In this document: positions 30,181-47,256 of the stretch, piece after piece
Position numbering within the stretch: position 1 is the stretch's first letter
Layout of the letters: the number at the start of each line of letters is the position of its first letter
Assembly: GCF_009914755.1 (NCBI RefSeq)
Contig: NC_060938.1
Source of the DNA: the human T2T-CHM13v2.0 reference genome, Homo sapiens
Strand: one strand, 5' to 3'
Length of the DNA stretch: 64,000 nucleotides
The notes under the pieces: model-generated
Told to the model about the DNA's origin: nothing
The model's database searches: none
The model's input: only the letters and a program-made list of their open reading frames with translations
Program-made: the position numbers and the translations under genes

Positions 30181-32515
30181 GATTGAGTAAACTAATTGGA
30201 CAAACAGTTCTTTCTCAGATGTCATACGTGTGTTTCAACCTAGAGGAAGAAGGATGGTTTAGAGGTCCCTGTCTGAATCCATATTAAAGCTATAGTCATT
30301 TTATTTATACCTTTTTAAGACTTTGTGTAGAGGGAAATAACCATTACTTTGGAAAATGACTTCTGCATGATCTAGTGATTGCTGATGGGCCAAAAGGCAT
30401 CATGACAGCAATTGTCCGTCCATCATTTGGTAATTTGTCGGATTCCCCCTCAGCCCATAGAGGTGATTCCAGAGGCTTATTGCAGGGTCCTCTGATTAAT
30501 TGGACTGGGCCAAACTGATGTATAAAAATTTTCTGGGGCACCTGTACCAAGAAGCATTTCAAAATTTGTGTGTGATTGCGTTTAGGTTTGATTGCCCTTT
30601 TTATTTGTTAGGATGATTATAAGAATGATAAGTTCTGTATCAGAACTAAATATGTTGTGAAAACTGCTAAACAGTGACATTTGGAAAACATGGTTAAGTG
30701 TGTGTACTTTTGTAAAAGTGATTAAAGTAAAACAGGATTAGCAAAAATTTGGGGTTCAAGATTAGCATAGAAATTAATTTCTGAACAAGCAAGTTGTCTT
30801 GTTTCATTTAATTGCTTCCTGTGTGATTATATAAAGCTGAAGTTAATTTCTGATCTTTCTTTTAGTCTTTAAAACTATAGTAGTGTTTCTCAACTAAAGA
30901 ATTGAGAAGTTGTATTTGTGTCTATGTCTAGAATCCTGTTTGGCTCCTCTTCATCGTGCAGTGGCCAATCAACGCCTATTTATACCCTTGTGAGTTTCTA
31001 ATGAGTTGCTTCTGACCCTAATCATGTCATGCAGCGCTTTCCAGTTTGTATCTCAACCATTCCCTACTCAGTATATTTTTGAAGAAAATCCTCCTCTGCT
31101 GATTCCACCAAGCAATCCTGGGAAAGCTTCTCGAAGAGACTGCTCAGCAGCCTTAAATCTGCAAGTGCTTAATCAGTATGCAAAGCTTGCTCCTCTGGTT
31201 TGAAGAGTCAAGTTTCCATAAATGCATCTATCTCCACACAGCAGGGTGACTGTGAAGGGGGCTGACCCCTTATAGGGCCTACAATGTGGTCCAGTCTTTC
31301 TACTTCATTCAGAAATGAGACAAGGTAAAAAGAAGGGCAGGCTGAGGTGACGGATGTCTCAATGCCATACTCCCTGGCTTTGTGGAATTGTTCTAGGTTT
31401 AAGTTCCTCATTTCTTAGGCTCTATTTTTCTCCTTGCCATGGCCAGCTAAATCCCTGGACCTTTGTCATGCTTATCTTAGCTTGACATGACTTCTTAGCT
31501 TCGTAATGCAATGTTTTATACCTGGGTGAAATATAAACACACTAAGCTCTTGTTAAACTGGTACTGGTTTATTCTGGACAGTAGTTCCATTGCTCCAAAT
31601 TGAAAGCTACTCTTCTTCCTGGAACAGTGAGTGCTCAGGTGCTTTTAAAACGCTGTCTATCCCAAATTTCTGAGTAGAAATCCCTTCATTTCTAGACTCC
31701 CAGTATTTTAAGACAAACATGTTTTCCTGTAATTAGGTTTTACAATGATACAGTAAATTTATTCCTGTGGCTACCTGAATATCCACTGAGAGTACAAAAT
31801 GATCAAGAAAAAGAAGAAATCTGTGCATGGCATTTAGATATTAAATATGTGTGTTTGTGTATAAAGTCATGCTGGTTTTGTATATAAACACACTTTAGGA
31901 GAAACATGGTCAAAAGGATAAAGTAAATGCTAATGATAACTCTGGAATCATATTACTGAAGGAAAGTGAACATATCAAATAGCTCTATAAACATTAGAAT
32001 TAAATGTGACTTGATATTTTTAAATTAAAAAGTATAATAATTTGTTGAAATTTACTGAGAAAGCACTTATTAGAATTTTAGGAACTCATTTACTCCCAAA
32101 ATTTTCTTGCAGATGCTATTTACATAAGTAATAATAATATTAAACAATATTTTAAGGTATAGTTCAACCTCAATGTTTAAAAAGCATAGACAAACCTTGA
32201 TACAGCAATTATAATATTTTAATCAATTATAATCAAATAGCACAAACTAGGAAAATGCTGTGTTAATAGTAATCAGTAATTATGAAAGTGTTAATTTTAG
32301 AGAAGAAAATCACCAATTATTATTTCAATAATTTATTACTAAGAAGAGAGCATAAACAGATTATTTTAGCATTCTTTGCAGAAATTACTTCCTAATGAGA
32401 GCACTGTTATGATTTCTGTCACTGACTTCCTGTGTAATCTTTTGGACAGACTTCAATGTTTCCATATAAAATATAATGATAAAAATGTTGAAACCTAATT
32501 TTAAGATGTACTGAC

Positions 32516-32845
32516 TGCTATGGTCTGATGTTTGTGTCCCCTCAAAATTCATATGTAGAATTAAGTAGTGGGTCCTTTTGGAGGTGACTAGTTCATGAGG
32601 GTGGAATCCTCATGAATGGGATTAATCCCCTTATAAAAGAGGCCCAAGAGAGCTTGTTTGCCCCTTCTGCCATGTAAGGACACAGTGAGAAGGTGCCATC
32701 AATGAGGAATGAGCTCTTATCAGACACCAAATCTGCTGGCATCCTGATCTTGGACTCCCCAGCCTCTAGAATTGTCAAAAATAATCTGTTAATAATTATC
32801 CAGTCAGTGGTATTTTTGTTATATTAGCCCAAATAGACTAAGACG
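32516..32845 (+). mobile_element. MLT1A-type solo LTR
   Basis: tgctatggtctga...cctcatgaatgggatta...cagacaccaaatctgctggc...gactaagac. Confidence 0.85.
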
Positions 32846-32897
32846 TTGCCTAAATGAAATATAAAAGATAAAACATTGTTTAGGAATAGTCATGCTT

Positions 32898-33215
<318 letters not shown>

Positions 33216-34556
33216 TTATAATGGGTTCACTAAACATAAATGTATAGGAATATTGATAGATTTTTAATAAGAACAATTTCCCTAGCATGAAAATCATTAA
33301 TATTGCCACATATTGACATTTACATCCACTTATGACATTTAAATTCACTGCTTGTGGTTGCTAAATAAAGGGCTTGATATAATCAAAGAAATTTTAGAGC
33401 TCAAAGGATTCTGAAAGAGCAGCTAGTCCATTCAACCTCCTTATTTTATGGATGAGAAAATTAAGATTCAGAGAGAAGATACGTTCATATGTGTTCAGGG
33501 AGTTACTGCAGATCCAGGTCTCCTCAGCTCCGGGTGTTATTTTGAACCTGTTAATCCAGATCCCTGAGACTTTTGCTAGGAATCCTTATATATGCATACC
33601 AAGCGTTGTCTGGAGACCTCACATACAGTGTCCCACAGGCACTATTTTTCAAATGTACCTAAATGCCACTAGAATGAACAAAATCTGCTCATTTTAAAAT
33701 GATAAGAAATTTGTGGAGTTTTTTTTGTCATTTTGTATTTGTCCCACATTTTGTCAAAACACGAAATACCACATGGAAACTACTGACATTTCTGGAAGTG
33801 AATATGAAAAGTTTGGTAGGCATGGCACAGCATCCCTTCTCCTGCCTATTTATTAAACTTTGGATGATTCAAAATGTCACAAATATGTTGTTATCTGAGC
33901 AGGTGTAGGTTTTTTTAAAAAGTTACAAATATGGAACGGGATGATGACTTAATCCCTCATTTATTATTATTATTTATCATTATTATTATTAACTATGGGA
34001 ATAGAGGACCTGTAGTACTGTTGCAAAGATTAGTCTGAGACCAAGAACTCAGACAAATAACCCAATGAAATGTTATAATATGACAAGTACTTTGATATCG
34101 GTATGTACAATGTGCCACTAGAGCACTATTTCCCACGAGCTCATACCAAGTGAAATGTAATCTCCTTGTTTTATAGGCATGTTAAGATACATTGAACATT
34201 TGGTTTTAATGGCATTTTTCACTTAAGTATCTATCATAGGAACATATACCGTCTTTTATCCTGACTTACCAGCAGCACACCTGACTTTCTCTGATTTTTT
34301 TAAACACCTCTAGAGAAGCCTACAAAATGCTATGGAGTCTAATTTTTATACTTAGCACTGTCAGGACATTCTTTTTTTCTTTTTAACTTTATGGGAGTGT
34401 AAGCTCATTTTCTTTTGTTCATCACAGCATCCTTTATATGCTTAAAAATAGTCTTCTTTTTCTCAAGCAAAAGAATTCAAGTCACTCCAGTTCTTACAGA
34501 GCATACTTCCCATAATTTAGTGTACTCAGAAGTATTTGTATTAAATTGTCTTCAAG

Positions 34557-34886
<330 letters not shown>

Positions 34887-35259
34887 TCACCATAATAAAA
34901 CATCCTGCCACGAGCCTGCACAAAGACAGAATTGGAAAAAACATGCCAAGGCTTTTTCCCAGATGAAACGAGGACCAGAATAAAACACTTATTACCATTC
35001 AGCAAACCAACTGGACAGTCACAATCAGAATGTTCTCAGTGTCTCCTCTGCTATTATATTCTGTGGGTTCTATGCTCGCCTTGATGTATATGCCTCATAA
35101 CCATTAATTTTCCTGAGTTTAACTAGCACATCAGAAGAGACTGGCTCCCGTATGGGGAGCTGCCATTAGCGGAATTTCTCAGGAAACAAGATGCCGCAGG
35201 AGTAATGTTACATTGAAATATAGCCAGAGTTTTCTTTTTTCTTAATTAAAAAAAATTTT

Positions 35260-36273
<1,014 letters not shown>

Positions 36274-37040
36274 AGGAAAGAAAAACAGATTTTGTAGGCT
36301 AAAAATTGGGGAACATAGAAAAAGAGTTTTTCTTTAAACTGAGAAATAGCACATACTACTAAAGAATTATGAATATTACTTGTATTAAATCAACCAATAC
36401 ATGTACAAGTGTTGATATTTTTAATTCTGGAATTTCCTAAAGTCATTTAAAAGGGTTGATGTTTTAAGTGTTTGACTATATTATGATTTTTATTTTTATA
36501 CTACTATTACCACTGATTCTGCTGCTACTACTGTACTGTTAATACCACTAGGAGGACTTGTGGACGAATTCTGTGTTTTGCTTGTCTTAAAACACCTCCC
36601 TTCATAACTTTTCTTGGAATGTCCTGCTAAAAATTTAGTTACATTGAAAGAAATGGAAACAGTATATGAAGGAGGGATGGTTGTTAGGAAATGAAATTTG
36701 TGGAATACTCTTATTTTGGATGAGTTGCAGACTTTCAAATTCCACAGAAACCCAAATAAAAACAGTTATATGCCAGTTAAAACAATATTTCGCTCAGTCT
36801 CAGAATGGCCTGTATGTCATTTGGTGGCATGGCGCTAACCTTAACGACTGCAAAAAACAAAACCATGAGTCTACAAATCTGACAGTAGAAAAGAAAAACA
36901 ACAGAGTTGATTCAAAGTGCTTCTAACATTCAGAATGTGAGTTTTGAAAACACACTAATCACATAAGTAATTTGAGCAAGTTAGTTGGTCAATTTGATAA
37001 AGTATTATTTTCTGTTCAAATTTGTCACTCTCCAAGACTG

Positions 37041-37043
<3 letters not shown>

Positions 37044-37087
<44 letters not shown>
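37044..37087. repeat. (TATC)11 STR
   Basis: Read directly from the sequence. Confidence 0.95.
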
Positions 37088-37619
37088 ACCTCTTTTTATC
37101 ATGCTTGTCATGTTTAAAATGAGAAATTGTAAATGATGAAGCTATTATACTGTAACAGAAATGTAATCTATGGGCCAATTTCTCAGTTAAGATCCAATCC
37201 TAGAACATGAAAATGAGCTTGTTGTAGGCAGGCATCGTGCCTTTCATCTTTATGTATCTGGCTGGAGCATTGTCTTTGGCACAGAGTGGGTGCAAATTGA
37301 TGGTTGTTGAATGAGAGAATGTCTCAAAGTAGTACTCTAAAGAGAAAGTCTACGTAGGATTCCTAACTCGTGTTTTTATTCTACCAATCATTGTAATTTT
37401 GAGGAATATTTTAAATGAGAAGACATGATTAACATGTGCAGCATTAAAAAACACCTTCTTTTTTAAATTCTAAAAAAGTATAAAGATGTATAAGAACATA
37501 TATATATAAGAAGGTAAAATGAATATATAAGACAATATATAAGGTGAATATATTTTAAAGAAAATTACCCAGAGATAGCCACTGTTAATATTTTGATATA
37601 TTTCTTTCCAGGCTATTTA

Positions 37620-37832
37620 ATTTTTTTTTTTTTTTGAGACAGGGTCTCACTCCCATAACCCAGGCTGGAATGCAGCGGCGTGATCTCAGCTCACTGTAGC
37701 CTCAACCTCCTGGCTCAAGTGATCCTCTTACCTCAGCCTCCTGAGTAGCTGGGAGTACAGGCATGCACCACCACTCCCGACTAATTTTTATATTTTTTTG
37801 TAGAGATGGGGTTTTGCCATGTTGCCCAGGCC
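37620..37832 (-). mobile_element. 5'-truncated AluJ
   Basis: polyT, gagacagggtctcac...gttgcccagg. Confidence 0.9.
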
Positions 37833-39196
37833 ATACTTGTTTTTAATATTTGTATAAATTTGGGACCATATGGAATTTCCAGAATATATAAAACCACATG
37901 TAGATCTCATATATAAAATAACGCAGAATAAACTAAAATGAATCACCCTGTTACCAGCTTATACTTAACACATACCACTTTAAAACAAGAGCTCTCAACA
38001 AAATTAAAGTAAAAACTAAAACTAAGATCTGGATCAGTGTAATAGGACTAAGGGGACTGAGGAGTGTTCCTGGAGCTCTAGATTGTCAGTATTCCCAAAG
38101 CGTTGCTACTTTGTAGCAAGACTCCACTTTCAAATGAGGACGTTTCCTCTTAGTAACTTACGGAGTACTTATTCTCTGAGTTTTAGGAGAGTTTGATAGA
38201 CAAGAGTTTTCAGTAAGTTGCAGGTGTACATAATGGCAGCCGATCAAAAAATACCTTTGCAAATATCTGTTGTGATGATTTAGCTAAAAATCTGAATGGT
38301 GGATTGCAACAGTTGATTACACTGAGTTAACTGATGAGGTGACTAGTGGAGAAGTGGGGTAGGGTGAGGAGTTTTACCCTCAGGTAAATTCAAAGAATTG
38401 TCAGCAGCCTGTTCCATTACAAAGCAAACATACAGAATACTGTCAAAACCAGAGCTCTTTTATTAGAATTAGGATGACGCTTGGGATGCTAACCACAATA
38501 ATATGAACCTGTGGGCCACACTGCAGATGTACACACAGTAAATCAGAACTGAGTATCCAAACTGCAGTAACCTCTTTTCTTTCTAATTCCTAAACCACTG
38601 TGGCACATGATTTCTTTGGGGCCAAGAAGTTGCCTCACACCACAAAATATTAAAAGGCATGGCATTATTTTGAGGTATCAAATGAAAAGATCACTTTGAA
38701 CTACTACTAAATTTGTATTCTGTTGGCTTAAAAGAGTTAACTCACTTTCAGAGACATTTACTAACTGAAAATGAATTAGGCACCAAGGAAAAGAAGGTTA
38801 ATAGTAGTCACTCAGTTTTGATTGATATGCCTAAAAAGTCCCGCTCAAGGCTCATGTTATTGAGATGGAGAATCCACTTGTAAGTGGATCAGGTAGCGTA
38901 TTGCTCACTGTTTAATAGTTCTTCACCTAGATTTTCTGATAGAATGAATGCACGGCTTCTACAACAAAATCAAATAGGATAACTGGCATGAAGCTATCCT
39001 GTTTGAGGAAGGAAGAATAAGGGAAGGTCTAAACAACCACATGTTACCAGTGAAATAGAATGACTGTAAGAATGCCCTCAAAGAGAGTATTTTACTCAAT
39101 GACATTTTATCTTTAATAACTTTTTGCAATTTGGGAAAAAGAAGTACTGCTAATGCAAGAAAATGATTCTTGGGAAGTGGTACAGGGAAAATATTA

Positions 39197-39545
<349 letters not shown>

Positions 39546-39559
39546 TTAAGGATTTGTTT

Positions 39560-40730
<1,171 letters not shown>

Positions 40731-41219
40731 GGGACAAAAGGTATGGCCTGAATAGATTACTAAACAGGGTTATATAGGGGGCCTAGGATGGGCTGTTGGA
40801 TGCTCTCGATTGTACTGCTGGGGCGGGGTGAGGGGGCAAAGTGATGAATAAATTTAGAAAATTGAAAGAACCATGGGCTTAGAAAGTACAAGGCAACCTT
40901 TTGGCAAGGAGGGTCCAGAATCACTGGCTTTATAACGTGAATGGGACAGGTTTATTGTGGGAACTCCGGAGATCCAAATCGAATGAAATAGACTTTAGGT
41001 ATGGGATTTGGATGAATATCAATTTACTTGGTTTCATGCATATGGCGATAAAAAATTATCTTTGTGGAGGGGGATGGGGTAAGGGCCGTAGACAAAACCA
41101 AAGGTGGAGCAAAAGGTAACAGCTTTGTTCTAGGTGTGGTGGTGGGTACAGGTAGGTGCTAAATTTAGGGTAAACCAGGAAGAAGGAAGCCTGGTCTTTG
41201 GGCAAAATCACTTCAAACT

Positions 41220-41515
41220 AAATAATGTTAGAGCAGCAAAGGGGCCATTTTGTGGATGAGGAAACCAGCTCAGGGAGATTCAGTGACTTCTGAAGATCAC
41301 ACAGTATTTGCATTTGAAGAAAATGCAGAAATGTGAATTGGCAAAACAAGTATTTACCATCTATCGTAGCTTAAAATAATAGGGAAAACGAACAGAGACT
41401 TAACTGTGAAGTGATTAGCCACCTAGCCACCACTATCTCAGGTTTCAGAACCTGAGATAAAATTCAGGTTTCTTGACTCCCCAGTTCAGTGGTCTTTCCA
41501 CTACAGACTACTGTG
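41220..41515 (-). mobile_element. MIR split by a ~140-bp unique-sequence insertion
   Basis: ccattttgtggatgaggaaac...gatcacacag | insert | cagaacctgagata...caggtttcttgactcc...ctttccactaca. Confidence 0.7.
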
Positions 41516-42515
41516 TACATAATAATTACTTTGCACTTTAGTCAGACAGTTTTACCTTTTCTTTAAGCTGGTAATTGATTGTGCTCTGCTAAGGAGAATG
41601 TAGTAGATAGAGGAGGAGCTCTACTAAAGAAATGCCCCAACTTGGAAAAGCAACCATTAGTTACTGATGTGGTGGAATTCGAAGGTAACTCAAGTGTCAA
41701 CAAATCCAGATGGGACACATTTTATTATAAACCTTGTGGTCCAAAAAGGAAAGACTAAAGCAGGTGGAAAGATCAGCTCAGCTTTATCAGTACTGGAGAA
41801 AACTACCTATTGTCTATATCTGAAAGCTTTTCAACACAGTTGCAGTGAGACCACCTACAATATAGGCAATGCTACTGATTGGCACATTTACATAATTAAA
41901 AATAAAAGGATAATAAAATGTATGTTCTTTGCTTGGTATGTTTTGCTGTAAAAGAACTTTTTAAAAGGTCATTAAAGTCAATACAATCCAGTGGCGGCAA
42001 GAAGATGTTTGCATAGACCATTTCATTCCAGGCAATATCACAGACTGCCACAAACGGAACCAGGCAATACCTAATGTGGCCTGTAAGAGGCCCAAGAGAT
42101 AATTAAGAGAGAAGGAAAAGAAGACAGAGAATTAAAAAGTAAAAGGAAAGGAAAAAGGAAAAAACACCTAAAGTAAGAGTAGGAGGGGGTAAAAAAAGAG
42201 AGAAGAAAAGAGAAGCGTAAAAGAGAAAATAGAGACATACATGGTAGGCAGCCAGTTGCTTCAAGACAATTTACCTTATCCTGCCTTGTACAGTGTCTCT
42301 TTGCCTTTCTCAATTTTCAACCCCACTATAATTCAAATTTTTATAGTACAAGAAATACTATGTTCATTGTAGAAAATTAGAAAACACAGACAGAAAAAAA
42401 TAAACATTAGCTATAATCTCACCATCTAGTTAAAATCTCTAATAACATGTTGGTCAATAATATTGTCATCTTATTTTCAGACATTTTCTTTTTATAAGAA
42501 TCATACAGCTTTTAA

Positions 42516-42828
42516 GGCCGGGCACGGTGGCTCACGCCTGTAATCCCAGCACATTGGGAGGCCGAGGCAGGCGGATCACGAGGCCAGGAGATCAAGACCA
42601 TCCTGGCTAAAATGGTGAAACCCTGTCTCTACTAAAAATACAAAATTAGCCGGGTGTGGTGGCGGGCGCCTGTAGTCCCAGCTACTTGGGAGGCTAAGGC
42701 AGGAGAATGGCGTGAACCCATTGGGAGGCGGAGCTTGCAGTGAGCTGAGATCAAGATTGAGTCACTGCACTCCAGCCTGGGCAACAGAGTGAGACTCCAT
42801 CTCAAACAGCAACAACAACAACAGCAAC
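42516..42828 (+). mobile_element. AluY/Sc-like with (CAA)-rich tail
   Basis: gagaatggcgtgaaccc, gcggagcttgcag; TSD catacagctttta. Confidence 0.93.
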
Positions 42829-43292
42829 ATACAGCTTTTATTGCTTTGTACCATTTTTTCCCACATAAAGTATTATGACTATTTTTCTACCTCAATAAAT
42901 ACATGCTTCTAAAATATCATTTTAAATAATTGCTTCCTTTTAAATTTAATTCTATAAGAATTTAATTTATAGGATACATATAGCTCTTTATATGCTTTTG
43001 CTACATCAGTTTTACATTATTGTCATGTTTGTAAAATCTCAGAATAACTAATATAAATATTTTGTGGCATAGCATAAAAAAGTTATTTAATGTCTATTCC
43101 TATAAGAATTAGAACCAGAAACAAATGATGTATGTGATATAGGCCTGTCCTGGGCTGTGCCGAAGAGGAGTAAGAAGCCTAGTTGGAGAAAGAAGGTGAG
43201 TATTCTTATTCCTCACTGTATAACAGATGTATATGAAAGAAGCTATGTGTTCATCAAAAGAATCACATTGTAATTTGAGACATACAGAAGTA

Positions 43293-43663
43293 CAGATGCA
43301 CCTCAACTTATGATGGGGTTACTTCCCAATAAACACATCATAAATTGTAAATACTGTAAAGTCAAAAATGCATTTAATACACCTAACCTACCAAACATCA
43401 TAGCTTAGCCTAGCCTAACTTAAACATGCTCAGAACACTTACATTAGCCTACAGTCAGGCAAAATCATCTAACACAAAGCCTAGTTTATAATAAAATGTT
43501 GAATATTTCATGTAATGTATGGAATACTGTTCTGAAAGTGAAAAAAAAATGGTCGTATGGGTGCTTAAAGTACAGTTTGTACCGAATGCTGTCACTATTG
43601 CTTTCGTACCATCGTAAAGACAAAAAACCTTAAGTTGGACCATCGTAAGTCAGGGGCCTTCTG
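43293..43663. mobile_element. MER47A (TcMar-Tigger MITE)
   Basis: TA|cagatgcacctcaacttatgatgg ... ccatcgtaagtcaggggccttctg|TA; terminal inverted repeats and TA target duplication. Confidence 0.88.
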
Positions 43664-46481
43664 TATTTAGAAGTATGTATATATTTATTGAACTAGAAAA
43701 ATAGTTGTATTTTTGCCTTTTTGAAGAAAATGCAACATGTGAATTGGCAAAATAAGTATTTACCATCTATTTTAGTTTAAAATAATAGGGAAAACCGACA
43801 GAGACTTAATTGAGAAGTGATTAGCCACTTTATCGTTGGTTTCAGAAACTATACTGCACCAGTTCTTTAGAATGTTTCCAGATGTTTCAGACCTATAGTT
43901 ATTTGTTGTTAGTAACTCACATTTACCTACTAGAGAGATGTTATGTGGAAATATGTCGATTGTACTTGAGGAAGGACATCTAACTCAACTTTCACAGGTG
44001 AATTCAGCGATTTCTTTAAATGATTTGTATTTTCCAAAGTGATTATCTCAGCTGGCACTTCGAAATATAATCTAAAGCCTTCTGTTAGCCACAAATCCAC
44101 AGAAATCCATAAAACCTAGAGTGTTTCATGTTATTATTATCAAACATTTATTGAACTTTCTACTAATGATCTTCTAGTTATTATATAGAGCCAAACATTC
44201 ATTTTGTTATTCCTATGTAGAGAGACTCACAATCTAAATTTGGTCTAAATAGAGTGGGAAATTCACAAAAATTATGTTCATGAGGTTAAATAGTCAAGCA
44301 ATACAAGTTCCTGTTTCCCATTGTAATGATTTACAAATGACAGTGGTAACAATCTCAAACAGAGAATTCAAATCCTTCAGTTAGCAATTCTTGCAATTAT
44401 TTTTTAGCTTTATGGGGTTAACTTTATTGGGGTTGATTAAATTCAAGCTGTGATCTTTCATAAAAACTCAATAGAGAGTCCAGATGGCCCAACAATACCT
44501 CCTTTTGTGAGAGGAAATAACTTGAAGATTTTGTCTAATTAAAGTATTTGTGCTGGTGGGATCTGAATGAATTGTTTTTCCTTTAAAAGGAGTCTGCATT
44601 ACAAATAATCTTTACAAAATACGAATTATTTAAAAATAGTGTGCTGCTTTCAGTATTTCAGTTATGTCCTAGGACTAGAGTTTCATGAGCATGACATTTT
44701 AAAGCTAGACTCTGATACCATCTTTGGGATTTCAGTCTGAAAATACAGTTCTGGAATATCAACAGAACAAGGCTGTGTGGAACAAAATGCCAAGAAGGTC
44801 AATGCACTACTTTCCTCCTGTTCCAGTCCCATGCTCACAATTACCTTAACTCTTGTCAAAATATTTTCTACAGTAACAGCCAAGACATAATTAGCACCTT
44901 TTCTTCATGTTGAAAATATCATTGGTACCCATAAAACAAATTTGGGGAAAGCCCTTAAGCACCTTAATGCAGCAAATGGCTACTGTGGATTGATACACCA
45001 TTATTTGCCTAGCTGAAGGATTAATATCCCATCTTATCCTGCCTTCTTCCTCCCCTCAAGTAGGCCTAATTGTATGAGATAGAGAGAAAAAGAGAAGTCT
45101 AGGCAGGAGATGGGGATAAGGTAAAGAGTGGAAATACAGTTGGAAATTAAGCAAATATCTTACAAGTGTTTTGGCTATTTAGCTATTTACATCATTATTC
45201 TCCATCCTCTTTGTGTATTTTGTCTGTAATCAAGGTGATATTCTGACATAGGTTGTTCTCCAAAAGCCTGTCTTGTATCAGACAGGCTAAAGTATTGGTC
45301 AATTCTGTCATGAGTGGTAAGGCCCTTTATTTGGCTTTTCATATGTTCCTGATTGAGACTACAGAAGCCAAAGTTGTTATGATCAAAGATTTCCAGCAGG
45401 GGGTGTAGCTGCCTCTATAGGGTAAGTTCTTTTGAAGCCACAACATATGAAACATTTGAATATTGCAGTATTACCACTAATGGTAGAAGCTGGAATTATG
45501 ATAACTTTTTTTATGACTGTCATGTCTTTTGATCTCAAAAAGACCATGCATATTAATACTTTATTAGGATGTGATGAAGAACTAGAGATTTATGAAGAAA
45601 ATTTAAATTAAAAACCGAAAATGCCTGACAAATCTTATTCTAATTTTTTCAAAGTAAACGAGGAACAAAGAGTCCAGTTATTTTAATTATCCAGTACAGC
45701 AGAAGAGAGGCTTAACTTTTTTATTCTAGATAAGAAGAGTAGTTGATTTGAGAGGGCTTGTTAATATTTATTCCATTTCCATTTCTGTCCGATATTTGTG
45801 CGCGCGCATGTGTGTGTGTGTAAATAAGTTACCTATTTTCTTAAAAATTATCCTTTTGAGTAGGGAGGGTGGGTGTTTTAAAGCTTTTTCTCTGAAGTCT
45901 TGGCTCCTGATCAATTTTTAAAGATGCCATCTTACATATTTTTCCTCCTGCTCTTTGATGCCTTTTATTTATGGATATATAGGCATTATTAGCCACAGAA
46001 TTGTGGCCCCCATTTCAGATTTTTATTGATACAGAAAACTCTATTTTTTGAGAAGAGCAAATTACATACAATAACTTATTTGTACTGGTAAACACCTTTA
46101 GACTATTAGTATTAATAAGAAACGAAGTCCTAAATTTCCAGGCTCCCTAAATCAAGATAAAGAACTGAAAATAATGTCGACTATGAAAATCATTGTTTGG
46201 AAATCGTGATCTTTTTTTTTTTTTTAACGTCTTCTGGTGTCTTCATTATAAGAAAATAAATGAGATTTCAAGTCTTCCCTGCCTCCAGTATCATGTCCTA
46301 TAACTGAACATTACACCTTTTTAACGTTTTCTTTAGAAGCCCTGATTTATTTGGCTTTGGTTTATGTTGATACATGTCCATGATTATTAAAATTTCTGAT
46401 TATTTAGGACATAATTTTTAAGGTATCTTTAGGGTGTACACTCTATAGTACTTAACATCTTATTCAGGTTATGACTTTGAA

Positions 46482-47256
46482 CTGCATCATTATAACACTA
46501 AAAAGCAACCTTGGCTAACTTCAGTACCTTACGTAACATAAGAAATAAAGAATAACTTGAACTTAAAATACTTTTTATATGTTTACTTCGGGTATTCTTA
46601 AGGGCTTTCAGTACAAAGATAAAAACATGCGTTGGAATGCATCAACATTCCAACTTACATAAGTGGTGTAGATACCTATGGCATTAGTACCACATTTTGA
46701 TGGTTGGACCACCCACCAAATTCCCTTCTCTCCTTTTTTACTTCTTTTTCTTTCTGTTTGCTTTCCTTGCAAGTTTCCTTCCGCATCCTTCTTTCCCACC
46801 TACAATTTGTAACTGAAAGAAAGAAGTAGCTACAGACCTTACCTAACCTACTCTTAACCTACTTGGTAGGTAGGGTTCAGATGCAAGGGAGTGGCTCGAA
46901 TAAAGCATTTTAGTTATGCCTTTTAGAAATTAGGGAGCAAGAGATATATAGAAAAATTAGAAATGTCTCTTCTACCTTTATTAAGTCTACCTTTGAGAAA
47001 TATGAAGGGCAGGAAGACGGAAAAACGAACAGAACTTCTGCTGGAATATTGTGACAAATTTACTGACAAATATTTTCTAATAGATTTTTACCAACAGGCA
47101 GTTTTTGTTTTCTTTACTGACAGACCGTAAATGTACTTCTGGTTGGCAGCAGCTGCATCATTATAACACAAAAGCAACCTTGGCTAACTTCAGTACCTTA
47201 TGTAACATAAGAAATAAAGAATAACTTGAATTTAAAATACTTTTTATATGTTTACT
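46482..47256 (+). repeat. 105-bp direct repeat pair (46482-46587 and 47153-47256)
   Basis: The copies differ by two substitutions and one 2-bp indel. Confidence 0.95.

Larger units (their letters stand above)
41313..43847 (+). repeat. Dispersed direct repeat of ~110-135 bp (41313-41450 and 43720-43847)
   Basis: tttgaagaaaatgca...atgtgaattggcaaaa...gtatttaccatctat...aaaataatagggaaaac...acagagacttaa...gaagtgattagccac in both places. Confidence 0.92.

Noticed and set aside
44600-45600. Possible processed pseudogene in the unique stretch
   Set aside because: No polyA/TSD, no sustained frame and no recognisable protein similarity
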